DNA of 63,952 nucleotides, the filler included, from Stramenopiles sp. TOSAG23-2 (lineage: Eukaryota): NCBI GenBank assembly GCA_900128395.1. It is 3 parts of 3 records of this genome, joined end to end, with 100 filler letters (N's around TTAATTAATTAA, not from the genome) between each part and the next. Parts side by side here need not be neighbours in the genome. Positions count along the whole stretch, not along the records: positions 21,775 to 43,436 come from LT649532.1; 2 more parts are not named here. One strand, given 5' to 3'. The notes beneath the pieces were generated by a model, which worked only from the letters and a program-made list of their open reading frames with translations, did not search any database and was not told the DNA's origin. This document shows, in pieces, positions 31,100-41,710 of the stretch (positions are counted from its first letter, which is position 1; every line of letters begins with the position of its first letter). The translations under genes were made by a program, and so were the position numbers.

Positions 31100-32527
31100 A
31101 TGAATGGTGGATTTGGCGGCCGTTCCAAACCACAACGTATTGCACAACGCCCAAAAGCATTAATATGTTACATTTGTGGAAGACAATATGGGACAAATAG
31201 TTTAAAAATTCATTTAAAAAGTTGTATTAAAATATGGGAAGAGCGAGAAATGTTAAAGCCAAAACGTGACAGAAAACCGGTTCCAAAAGCGCCGGCTACT
31301 ATTGAGCAAGCTTTGAATGGAAGGAAGAAAAAGAGTAGTAGTCGTGGTGGTGGAAAGGGTATGTCAGCAAAAGCAATGCAAGAACAAAACGAAGCTGCTT
31401 TTAATGCATTTAATTCAAACTCCTTAGATGCATGTCCACACTGTGGTAGAACCTTTTTAGCCGAACGTCTTGAAAAGCATTTGCTAAGTTGTAAACCAGG
31501 AAACATTATGGGGAAAAAATTGAAAGCTGGTTCTGGCCTTGCTGGTGGAAACTTAGGTGGATTAACACAAACAAAAGAACGTGAAGAATTTCGCCCCCAT
31601 ACCACGTCCCCAAGAAATAATTTTAACAGTAATATTAATAATAACAGTGTAAAAAAAAATAAAAATCAAAGAAAAAAAAAAAATAATAATGATGATGATA
31701 ATAATAAACCATGGAGGAGAAGAAAAGGTACTACTAATAATAGCAACAATGCTTTTATGCAAAATACTCAACAACCATCACATAATAGTCCAAAAATCAC
31801 TATTGTTGATAATAATTCTAAGATTAGTTATGATAATAATATTAAGAAGTTTCAAAGTGTCTCACAAGGTTCTGAAATATCACCAGTTGATTTAGAATGG
31901 AATATCATAAATAATGCTACTACTAATAATAATGGCAATAGTAATACTAGAAATGCAGCAAATATGGAAGATAAATGGGAACGGGCAATTGATTTGAAAA
32001 CCAATCGCCCATATTATTTTAATACACGAACTGGTAAACGACGTTGGACAAAACCTAGTGATAGTAGTAGCCGCAGTAGCACAAACGAAGATGATAATGA
32101 TAGTAGTATTATTAATAATAAAAAACGTAATGGTAAAGGAAGTCGAGCTGGATCAATCTGGGGTAATGAAGATGAAAAAAGCATGGATAGTTTTTTTGAA
32201 AAACATAATTTCAATCAAAATGGAAATAGTACACCACGCACAAAAAATGGAACACAATCACCAATTGATAATAGTAGCTATAATGATAATAACAATAACA
32301 ATAATAAAAGTATGAACGATAATAATAAAGGAAGTATCCGAGAACGATCTAAGTCATATAGACAACGTGTGAAAGCAACAGCGGAACAAAGTAATTTAGA
32401 AAATCGTGTGGAGGAATTAGAATCAAAATTAGCATTTGCATTAGATGAAATCTCACGTTTGAATAAAGTTGTGCAAAAATTTCAAACTGCATTTAGTAAT
32501 TTAAATAACGTTTCGCCTAGAAGCTGA
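31100..32527 (+). CDS. ZNF474-like C2HC zinc finger protein with WW domain and C-terminal coiled coil
   Basis: CYICGRQYGTNSLKIHLKSC and CPHCGRTFLAERLEKHLLSC (zf-C2HC_2). WW domain WERAIDLKTNRPYYFNTRTGKRRWTKP. Confidence 0.85.
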   Translation: MNGGFGGRSKPQRIAQRPKALICYICGRQYGTNSLKIHLKSCIKIWEEREMLKPKRDRKPVPKAPATIEQALNGRKKKSSSRGGGKGMSAKAMQEQNEAAFNAFNSNSLDACPHCGRTFLAERLEKHLLSCKPGNIMGKKLKAGSGLAGGNLGGLTQTKEREEFRPHTTSPRNNFNSNINNNSVKKNKNQRKKKNNNDDDNNKPWRRRKGTTNNSNNAFMQNTQQPSHNSPKITIVDNNSKISYDNNIKKFQSVSQGSEISPVDLEWNIINNATTNNNGNSNTRNAANMEDKWERAIDLKTNRPYYFNTRTGKRRWTKPSDSSSRSSTNEDDNDSSIINNKKRNGKGSRAGSIWGNEDEKSMDSFFEKHNFNQNGNSTPRTKNGTQSPIDNSSYNDNNNNNNKSMNDNNKGSIRERSKSYRQRVKATAEQSNLENRVEELESKLAFALDEISRLNKVVQKFQTAFSNLNNVSPRS

Positions 32528-33353
32528 GGAAGAGAAAGTGATAGAAGATAGAAAGATAATGCTGTATATAATAGCTAGCCGCCTAGCTATATATATGGCC
32601 ATGTGTAGCACTTTTTTACTGTAAAATGTAGTAAAATACATATAGAACTCTACGTGAATTTAAAAATAGTTTTAAGTCGTCGTCAGAATGTCAAAATAAT
32701 ATCCATATATACACCTTATAACCAAAAAGAATCTTTTTTGCTAATATATGATATTAACTTGCCTGGCTAGCTAGCTATATGATTGTACAACAGCCCAGAC
32801 AGTTCCAATACTATTTACTCTTTTGTAACATTTGTCATCTCTGTCGTCTAGTCGCATAGCTAGAGCTAGCTCTAGTCGTCTAGCACTGGGAGTACTATAT
32901 TTGCGCTAGTCTACGCACCTATACGCTCCGATGCTCCGATTTACTGTACAGGTAGATTATACCTGGTAATGAGGTAGCTAGTGAATTTGCTCGTTAAGGT
33001 TTCCTGAGTAGTCGTCTCTATACTGTTGACTGTTGTAGGTGGAGTATAGATAGAGCTACATGTACTAGACTACACACTATTACGAGATCTAGTCTACCAC
33101 GACACGACGGTTATTATTACAAGTATTCCGGCGGGTATTATTGCACTTGGTTTTATTATCGATACTACAGGATGTATTATTAGAATTATATATATAATAA
33201 TTTTTTTTTTTTGAAAAGCACAAAACAACATATTATTATTCTAATTATTACAAATGAAATAAATGCAAATGATATATAAATTTCAATGTTTTTAAGCTAA
33301 GGATAATATTTAGTTTTTGGCTGTGGATAATATATATATATATAAAAACGAAA

Positions 33354-36300
33354 ATGGAAAATAATAATAATACCAATAATTTTGTGGATATATCCTCGGA
33401 GACGGAGCAGAAAAAAGCATTTATTGATGAAAAGCAACAAGTATTGAAGGAAAAACGAATTGAAAAGAAACAAAAACAGAAAGAGAAACGCGTTGCTATC
33501 ATGGATGAATTTGAAGAGGATGATGAAAGTGGCAGTAATTTCAACAATGAGATAGATCATATCACTGATGGGGTTACTAACGAATCTTTATCGTATGGTG
33601 ACAATATTGACTCGTTAGCTTACTTTGATTTAACGGAAGTCAACAACAATACCAGTAACGATGATTTGCATGAATTATTAGAAATGATGCAAGAGGAATT
33701 AATTGCAGTTTGCGATAATACACAACAACAAGATAAGTTTGAAGACTTTGACTTAACAGAAATAGACCCAGATCAAGTCAGTACCGAGGAGCTGTTGGAA
33801 ATACTAGAGGAAACGCAATTGAAATTAAAAAAGTTGCACAACAACATTCATGATGATAAAAACAATACCAAATTGTTGACAGATAATGACCACAACCACA
33901 ATAACAGTATTGATTTATCAAAAGAAACAACTAGTATGGCAGAATATTTAGAAAAAGAGAAATTTAATAATCAAAACGCTTTTGGTAAAAGAAATCAAAG
34001 GTTGCCATCCACAACCGACAAGAATAATGAAGGTAAAAACATAGCATCTTCATCAGAAGAAAAACGTTTAACGACATTGAAAGTACCAAGAGCAGAGGAT
34101 TGGATGGAATATTATATCGATGGAAAATTGCAAGTCTTACTAAACCAAAAGCACATCAATCCAGCGCAATATATAATCAAACTAAATGTCATATCATGCC
34201 ATAATTTAAGGACAAGTGACATTACATCCGTTTCACAACCCTTCGTTACTATCATTGCCCCCGATATGGATAAATATGAAAATCAATATAAATTTACAAC
34301 ATATCAAACATCTAGAAAAAAACGAACGTTAAATCCGATTTTCAATGAAACTTTTTATTTGCCATTGTTCCAAGGTGATGTCGAAGCCATCTTGGCAATC
34401 GAGAAAAAAAAAAGACCATACAATAGAAAAGAAAAAGAAAGATGTGGTTTGCAAATCTATGTAAAAAACCATGACGATGAAATGGGGGATCATGAATCAT
34501 TAGGAGATTGTATGCTATGGTTTTCAGAAATGGATTTACTACCGATTCAATTGGATGAAAAGCCAACCAAAATAACGATACGATTAAGTGGTAAAGGTTC
34601 TGATGATGAAAACAATAACAATCATAATCAAACAGGCTTATTAGATGTAAAATCAGGCTGGAGTGATGGTCAAAAATCACCTGTAAATAATAAGAATATA
34701 TCGAACATAACCGTCGAAGCATGTATATGTCCAACCCTGACATCGTTATGGGAAATTGAAAAAAGAGATCAAGAGGAAATACAGGAACGTTTACAATTGA
34801 GAGAGGAAAAACGTATACGTGATGAGGAAGCAAGATTAATGAAAGAACAAGAGGAAAAAGAGGAGATAAATCGACAAAAATTACAAGCCATTGATGAGGC
34901 AAAAATGAAAGATAGACAACGGAGCGATAACCCAAGTAGAGATAGAGGTTTAAGTGCTGAGGACATTGCAACCGTTAAAGATTTAGTGAAAGGAATCTTG
35001 TCAAAAAACGAGGTAAAGAATCATAAGAATGACCAAGTTGACCGCCATGGAAGTAAATTCCGTGCATATTTATCACTTGCAAAACTTGCAAGGGCAACAA
35101 ATACGTTAAGAACATTAGTTGGTCGGCAAATGTATGGTGCAGGTTTATCGATGGCTTTAGCAGATTTAGCGCATAAAATGGAACGCATGCGTTGCGCCGC
35201 AGCAGCGCTATTGGCATCGTTAGGACATGATAGCCATGCACGCAACATTAGACTTTTGAAGGCCCATTCTGGCTTTCAAATTGACGACATACACGTCTTT
35301 TGGGTTCCTGAAAGTCTTCGAGATGCATATTTAGATGCGGGATCGCGTTTAAAAGCAGAAGCATCGCAACGAGAACGAGACGGTAGACGAAAATTAGAAC
35401 AACCAAAATGGTGGCCACCAAGTGAGAAAGGGTTTGTGACATTTTTGCGAACAAAATTAAGTCGTGCATTGGCCAAAAACGTTGGTACCCTTGATAATAA
35501 AACGTTTTGTGACCATACGGGTGAAGCAAGTCCAGTACAACTTATTTGCTTCCCTCCTAGTAAGCCATATGAAAAGAAAATTTCGAAAAAAGGAAAAGGA
35601 ATGGCATGGTTTCTATCCGTATTGCAGGAGCAAGCCAAAAATGGCAACATGTTTTCACTTTTGAATGATTTAAAATCGGATGAAAAACATGTTGGCCCTA
35701 GTGTTGAAGATTTTGAAGCTGTTTTGAGTCAATACGAGTTTAGGCAAAGCATTGATGATTATGATTTTCAACGTTTTATATCTATATTTACAATACAGAT
35801 AGAAGCTAGCAATGGTAATGTGTTGGTAGTGGTTAATTTAGAAGAGATGAAACGTGCGTTGGCTGTAGATAAAAACACCTCAATGGCATCACATGTAGAT
35901 ACCAATGCTGGGGCTAATATTGTCAACAAAACTATGGAATTATTGCAAGGCTTAGCACACGGCGGCGCGACTGTGAATGTAAATGAATTTACGAAAGAAG
36001 GTCTTGACCGTGTGTATAATATGATAGATTTAAATGACGATGATACGATCGATACGAAGGAATTGTTGCTTGTGTTACAAAGTTTCGTAAACAACAATAA
36101 TAAGTTTAATGAAATTGAAGAGGCCGCATTGATAAATCATTTTGATATGTCTAGGACAGGAAAGATAAATCGTGAAAGGTTTGAAGATAAAATAATAAAT
36201 TTTGAGAAATTCGATGGAAATATAGATGAAAATAATTTATTTCAAAAATTAGCAGATGGAGACACGGCTGATATTGATGCAGGAATCATGAAATGGATGC

Positions 36301-38729
36301 CTGACCCACAAATATATTTATTAGGTATACGCATACCCACACAACAGCCGCAAGGAGGCACTGAAGATGATAATGCTTATCTTCGGGATAGAAATGGTCG
36401 TGCTGTTTCTTCGCAAGCTGCGATTTTAGGGGAGAGTGAACCTAATGATGGTGGTGCTACTGCAAAAGAAATTGCTGATATTGCAAGGTTGCGAAAATTA
36501 TTTCAACGACTTGATTTTGATAAAGTTGGATCTGTAACGTTAGATGTTTTACAAAATGATGAAGTATTTCTTGAATTATTTGGAAGGAGAAATACCACAT
36601 CGTTGGTAATTCATTTTAAAAAATCAACCCCAGGCAATTTTGACGACATGTCATCAAAGAGAAAAGATTACAGATCCACAGCAATTACGTGGGAACAATT
36701 TTTAGATTACAGACGATTTTTGTTGTTTACAGAGAAATTGCGAAAACAAAAGGAGGAAGAAGAAAACTTTAAAAATCGGCCGGTACAATTATTTGTTATC
36801 AAACCTAAAGACGGCATGCCACGCTTTAAAGAATCGATTGCTCAAACGCAGGAAGAAACATTTATCAACAGCAATGCGGAAAAAATTAAGTTTCCAACCA
36901 CGTATGTAAGTTGCAAAGTACATGGAGAGCCAAAAACTCAATGTTTACGTTTTGATGTAAGTTTACGCCCATCTGATGGCTCGCTTTATCGATTGAGGCT
37001 TCCAATGCGTACAATTATTGATGCCAGGAATGACGATGATGAAGATGAAATACAACTTGTACAGAAAAAATACACCTTGGAAGATATTTTTACGTTGGAA
37101 AAAGACATTGTTGAGCCATTTCTTCAGAAAATGATTCTGCCAAAGTTTCACGTCCATAAAGGTGATGATACGATAAAATTAAAAGACACCATTTGCGACG
37201 TAACTACAACTTGGTGCAACAAAAATGGATATTATTTACTTCGACAAATACGGAAAGGTAAGGGAATTGCTCTTGTTTTGAAAATGAAAGAGCCTGATAT
37301 GATCGCAATTCGTGGATTATCAATTGCCCAAGAATTATACAAGCAACGACGTTTGCCTGAGTTATGGTCTGTACTTCAAGAAACAACCCATCATATCATT
37401 CGCTCATGCCCTACAAGTGCAGCAAGAACAATCATGGAAACAAAAGCATTAGATCAGTTAATATCTGGATACAAAAAAGCAAAAGCTATGCATGTAAAAA
37501 GCATTAAAATACAACAAAAAGATAAGCAAGTAGCGAAGGAGGCAAAAGCAATTTTTGCAATGCGTGATAGTATACGCACGTTTAGAAAATCTTTTATTAA
37601 TGCAATTGAAGCGGGGCACAAAAGACGCGTAGGCATTGAACAAAATGCCGAAGCCATAAGAGTAGAATCTGCGCCTACTTATGTCGAACGCAAGACAAAA
37701 CGAAAGATAAGAGACCAAAAGCGTTTATGTCGAATTGTTACCGGAAATCGTGCTAGGATTAAAAGAACTGCCACCACTCGATTGGATCATTTGCAATCTG
37801 TTGCGAAAATAAGAGACGAGACTTTACAAGCACACCGAAAACGGCAAATGGACATCGAGAAACAACGCCAGAAAGATAACTTTCTGATCAAACAGCAACA
37901 ACGTATTGAAAAGGCTAGAGCTGAACAAGCTAGAGCAAAAGAGGAGCGCCAATGGATGCTTCAAGAAAGGCGTTTGAAGCAAAAACAAGAGAAGATGCTA
38001 AGAAAAGAGAAAGTTAAATTGGAGGAAGACCGAAAACAAAAAAATATGCTTGCTGGCAAAGCACGCATTGAGAAGCGCCAAGCACATTTGTTGGCATTAG
38101 CTAATGCTGATAGTGACCAAGATGATACTAATCATAATACTTGGCACGGCAATTCGATTGCTAAAGCTAAAGCTACATTCAATCATGAGCAATTATTGAA
38201 ATTTGGTGAAAAAATTGCAATTCGTCGTAAGGCACTTGGTGTTAATAACGATGCTCGCATGACCAATGCACAACGTTATGGGTACTCTGATAGAGAAAAT
38301 AGAAATAACGATACGGATGGAGTAGACAATGGAGTAGATAATTTTGATTATGGGGAGGAATTAGAAGATACGATGATAGAAGAAAATAACAATGAAGCTG
38401 GGGAAGAGTCTAACGTTTCTACTGGTAATAATACAAGTAGACTACAGCTACAACCACAACAAGCTATAAACAAGGAAGAATTACAACGAGTAGAAAAAGA
38501 AAGACGTAGACAAGCAAATTTAGCAAGATTTAATATGGATATGCTTAACCAAGAACAAGAAGAAGAATATAAGGACACCAAAATAGAAAAGGGAAGGGAA
38601 ATACATGAAGGTGAGGTAAATGATGAGGAGATACAAAGAATTGAAAAAGAAAAGAGAAAACAAGCAAATTTAGCACGGTTTAATAGAGATATGCAGACAA
38701 TGGGTGATAATCTACAAGATTATTACTAA
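33354..38729 (+). CDS. 1791-aa protein with C2 domain, EF-hands and long coiled-coil tail
   Basis: C2 motifs VISCHNLR..SQPFV..TSRKKRTLNPIFNETF. EF-hand loops DLNDDDTIDTKE, DMSRTGKINRER and DFDKVGSVTLDV. Confidence 0.85.
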   Translation: MENNNNTNNFVDISSETEQKKAFIDEKQQVLKEKRIEKKQKQKEKRVAIMDEFEEDDESGSNFNNEIDHITDGVTNESLSYGDNIDSLAYFDLTEVNNNTSNDDLHELLEMMQEELIAVCDNTQQQDKFEDFDLTEIDPDQVSTEELLEILEETQLKLKKLHNNIHDDKNNTKLLTDNDHNHNNSIDLSKETTSMAEYLEKEKFNNQNAFGKRNQRLPSTTDKNNEGKNIASSSEEKRLTTLKVPRAEDWMEYYIDGKLQVLLNQKHINPAQYIIKLNVISCHNLRTSDITSVSQPFVTIIAPDMDKYENQYKFTTYQTSRKKRTLNPIFNETFYLPLFQGDVEAILAIEKKKRPYNRKEKERCGLQIYVKNHDDEMGDHESLGDCMLWFSEMDLLPIQLDEKPTKITIRLSGKGSDDENNNNHNQTGLLDVKSGWSDGQKSPVNNKNISNITVEACICPTLTSLWEIEKRDQEEIQERLQLREEKRIRDEEARLMKEQEEKEEINRQKLQAIDEAKMKDRQRSDNPSRDRGLSAEDIATVKDLVKGILSKNEVKNHKNDQVDRHGSKFRAYLSLAKLARATNTLRTLVGRQMYGAGLSMALADLAHKMERMRCAAAALLASLGHDSHARNIRLLKAHSGFQIDDIHVFWVPESLRDAYLDAGSRLKAEASQRERDGRRKLEQPKWWPPSEKGFVTFLRTKLSRALAKNVGTLDNKTFCDHTGEASPVQLICFPPSKPYEKKISKKGKGMAWFLSVLQEQAKNGNMFSLLNDLKSDEKHVGPSVEDFEAVLSQYEFRQSIDDYDFQRFISIFTIQIEASNGNVLVVVNLEEMKRALAVDKNTSMASHVDTNAGANIVNKTMELLQGLAHGGATVNVNEFTKEGLDRVYNMIDLNDDDTIDTKELLLVLQSFVNNNNKFNEIEEAALINHFDMSRTGKINRERFEDKIINFEKFDGNIDENNLFQKLADGDTADIDAGIMKWMPDPQIYLLGIRIPTQQPQGGTEDDNAYLRDRNGRAVSSQAAILGESEPNDGGATAKEIADIARLRKLFQRLDFDKVGSVTLDVLQNDEVFLELFGRRNTTSLVIHFKKSTPGNFDDMSSKRKDYRSTAITWEQFLDYRRFLLFTEKLRKQKEEEENFKNRPVQLFVIKPKDGMPRFKESIAQTQEETFINSNAEKIKFPTTYVSCKVHGEPKTQCLRFDVSLRPSDGSLYRLRLPMRTIIDARNDDDEDEIQLVQKKYTLEDIFTLEKDIVEPFLQKMILPKFHVHKGDDTIKLKDTICDVTTTWCNKNGYYLLRQIRKGKGIALVLKMKEPDMIAIRGLSIAQELYKQRRLPELWSVLQETTHHIIRSCPTSAARTIMETKALDQLISGYKKAKAMHVKSIKIQQKDKQVAKEAKAIFAMRDSIRTFRKSFINAIEAGHKRRVGIEQNAEAIRVESAPTYVERKTKRKIRDQKRLCRIVTGNRARIKRTATTRLDHLQSVAKIRDETLQAHRKRQMDIEKQRQKDNFLIKQQQRIEKARAEQARAKEERQWMLQERRLKQKQEKMLRKEKVKLEEDRKQKNMLAGKARIEKRQAHLLALANADSDQDDTNHNTWHGNSIAKAKATFNHEQLLKFGEKIAIRRKALGVNNDARMTNAQRYGYSDRENRNNDTDGVDNGVDNFDYGEELEDTMIEENNNEAGEESNVSTGNNTSRLQLQPQQAINKEELQRVEKERRRQANLARFNMDMLNQEQEEEYKDTKIEKGREIHEGEVNDEEIQRIEKEKRKQANLARFNRDMQTMGDNLQDYY

Positions 38730-39553
38730 AAAACTGTATATATACTATCATAAATAATATACATCATACATCATTATGAGATATGCAGACAATGGGTGAT
38801 AATCTACAAGATTATTACTAAAAAACTGTATAAATATTTCTAGTATACAACTACTCCGTATAATTAAAAAATAAAAATAAACATGTAAATATGATGGGAA
38901 TGTGTGAAAATGCATGAAATGAAATTTATTTGTGATGGATTACTTAAATAGATGTACAACTTCACCAGTGGTGTGTCATTTCACTTTCTGTTGATCAAAA
39001 AAAATATTCTTTATACGTATAAAATCACCATCATGCCCTTTATAAAAATGCTCAATTCCCAGAGTGCGTTTATGCCATCGTTCTTGGATTAAAAATAAAA
39101 ATGTTACAAATTTTCCAAAAATTCATGATTTTTTGCAAGATCTAGGAATTATAATGCACGAGATTTGATAGTAAAATATGTGTAATTTATACTTATTAGT
39201 ATACTAAATATTTATTTATCAACTGAAGGTCTCTCTCTCAGAAAAACCGGGTCATCATATAAAAGAAATTTATATATAAATATATGAGTGTAAGAGAATT
39301 AATATATATAATGAGTAAGAGAGAAATATTATACCATTATAGTAAGAGAGAAATAATATTTGATATATGAAATTATAATATATCATATATATATCATTAT
39401 CATATGATACTTCGTAATAATTTCATAATTATCGTGTGTATCATTACTAAGGCATTTTAATTGCAAATGTTAAAAATGCTGTATGCCCTCTAGTATTTGA
39501 AAATGGTCTTGCCCGAATAATTGTTTTTGTTCCACTTGAATGACTTGATGCTA

Positions 39554-40828
39554 CTAAGGCATTTTAATTGCAAATGTTAAAAATGCTGTATGCCCTCTAG
39601 TATTTGAAAATGGTCTTGCCCGAATAATTGTTTTTGTTCCACTTGAATGACTTGATGCATGCCGTTTGCGTTTTTTACTAAATTTAATATGTTTATTCAC
39701 TTTATTATGTTGTTGACTTGTATTATCATTAATATCACCATTTATTATATTACTCTTGTTTACATCATTGCTGCTGTTACTATTATTCATTTTACTACTA
39801 CTACTATTATTAATATCCCCCTCTTCATCATCTGTTTTTTTATCAACTTGATCGCCATTTAATAATTTCTGCCTTTTATTTGGATCGTATTTAACACGTA
39901 ATGGCTCAAAATCTGGGACAACGATATTGTCCTCTTTAACACTATAGTTTCTTAAACGCACTTCAATTGTTTTAATGGAATGAAAACCCTTCTCTTTCAA
40001 TGCAATACAATTTTTTTGAACTTGCTCAATGCATGGTGAATATGTACATACTCTACCATCTATTTTTAAACATCGTTTTGCATTATTTATGGCTAGCCAC
40101 GGATTTGGTACATCTAACATGACAGCATCAGCTGATCCAGTTTCGACTATTGAAAATCCTTTTTCAGCACAAGCATCACCATGCGTAGCGGTGACAACAC
40201 TTTCGATGCCCAATAACTTCATATCTTGGTATATTTTATTCACTCTGTCTTTATTGAACTCAAACGTGTAAACTTGACCATGTGGTGCAACGGTTTGTGC
40301 TAACGAAATGGTAAAAGCACCACTACCTGTACCAGATTCAACAACAATGGAGCCAGACCGTATGCATAACATGGATATAATCACGGCTTGATCCGATGGT
40401 TGTATAATCTGTGTACGCAATGTCACCGCTTTCGCCCACAAGTTAGGGGTTACCTTTAAAACATATACCCGACCGGAAACGTTGCCTTTTTTTGATTCAA
40501 TTCTTGACCCATATATTTTACCAATAATATCATTATGTGCGAAATGGCCATATTTGCAATTGTGATATTTATTACGCTTTAATGTAATTGGAAAAATTCC
40601 ATCGTAACCAGCATATAAAAGAACCAATTCCCCTTCTGCTACAACGTCCGAAACACCATGAAATAAAGAAGATTTTAACAATTTATTACATGCAAGGTCA
40701 TTTGGGATTGTATTGGAAAAAATGTGATTATAAATTGTCGTAGTCGTGGTGGTGGTGGTGGTGGTATTAGCAATAATTTTTGTTGTTGTTGTTGATGTCG
40801 ACATTTTCCCAGACGTTTCCCCCTCCAT
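39554..40828 (-). CDS. TRM61: tRNA (adenine-58-N1)-methyltransferase catalytic subunit
   Basis: LRTQII, VVESGTGSG, VYTFEFN, AVMLDVPNPW, YSPCIEQV and GHTAFLTFA motifs of GCD14/TRM61. Both ends lie in local duplications (39446-39658, 40813-41023). Confidence 0.95.
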   Translation of the reverse strand: MEGETSGKMSTSTTTTKIIANTTTTTTTTTTIYNHIFSNTIPNDLACNKLLKSSLFHGVSDVVAEGELVLLYAGYDGIFPITLKRNKYHNCKYGHFAHNDIIGKIYGSRIESKKGNVSGRVYVLKVTPNLWAKAVTLRTQIIQPSDQAVIISMLCIRSGSIVVESGTGSGAFTISLAQTVAPHGQVYTFEFNKDRVNKIYQDMKLLGIESVVTATHGDACAEKGFSIVETGSADAVMLDVPNPWLAINNAKRCLKIDGRVCTYSPCIEQVQKNCIALKEKGFHSIKTIEVRLRNYSVKEDNIVVPDFEPLRVKYDPNKRQKLLNGDQVDKKTDDEEGDINNSSSSKMNNSNSSNDVNKSNIINGDINDNTSQQHNKVNKHIKFSKKRKRHASSHSSGTKTIIRARPFSNTRGHTAFLTFAIKMP

Positions 40829-41139
40829 ACTATATATTTCCTACAGGTATACAACGAAGATTATTTTTAAAGAAATATGTAGTTACTATGATTACATATA
40901 TGTATTACTTTCTCTCTACGTTTCCCCCTCCATACTATATATTTCCTACAGGTATACAACGAAGATTATTTTTAAAGAAATATGTAGTTACTATGATTAC
41001 ATATATGTATTACTTTCTCTCTCTATTTATAGATATATATGTGGCAGTATGAAGCTTATATTATTACATAATAATATACTTCATACAGTATTAATTAATA
41101 ATACATTGTACCTATTATTATTGTACAGTGTAATGTACC

Positions 41140-41360
41140 GCAGCCCAGCCAGAGCTAGAGCTAGAGCTAGAGCTAGCTAGCCAGCTAGCTCCTAGCCTTA
41201 GCTAGCTAGTCTAGCTAGCTCTAGCTCTAGCTGGCCCAGCTGCTGGCTGGGCTGGCCCAGCTGGCCAGCTGGCCTTATTAGCTGGGGGTGCTCTTTTTTG
41301 GAGATTTTCATAGTTGGAATTAGCATAGTAAAATCCTGCTAGCCTGGCTAGCCTTTGGCT
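41140..41360. promoter_or_regulatory. AGCT/CTAG/CAGCTG-rich tract in a divergent promoter region
   Basis: (AGAGCT)n, (AGCT)n and CCAGCTGG repeats between the divergent starts of TRM61 and the 41711 gene. Similar tracts lie upstream of other genes. Regulatory role is inferred. Confidence 0.4.
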
Positions 41361-41710
41361 GGAACAAATAGAATAATGTGTGCCTGTAACCTTAAGGTAC
41401 TATTTTCATGTATTCGTCATCATAGAACATCAAATCCAATTTTTATATCAAATCGAAAATTCATAGGCATAATAGGCACACGAACGCCGCGTTTCATACT
41501 TCAATAATAAAATTATTTAAATAGGAATGGAAGAATAAACGTTTCTTTATTTTATGACACCTTCATCGATGTATAACTAGAGTAAAAAGGAAATTATCTG
41601 TTATTATGGTTAGAAAATTGAATAAAGATATATGGAAGAATAAACGTTTCTTTATTTTATGACACCTTCATCGATGTATAACTAGAGTAAAAAGGAAATT
41701 ATCTGTTATT

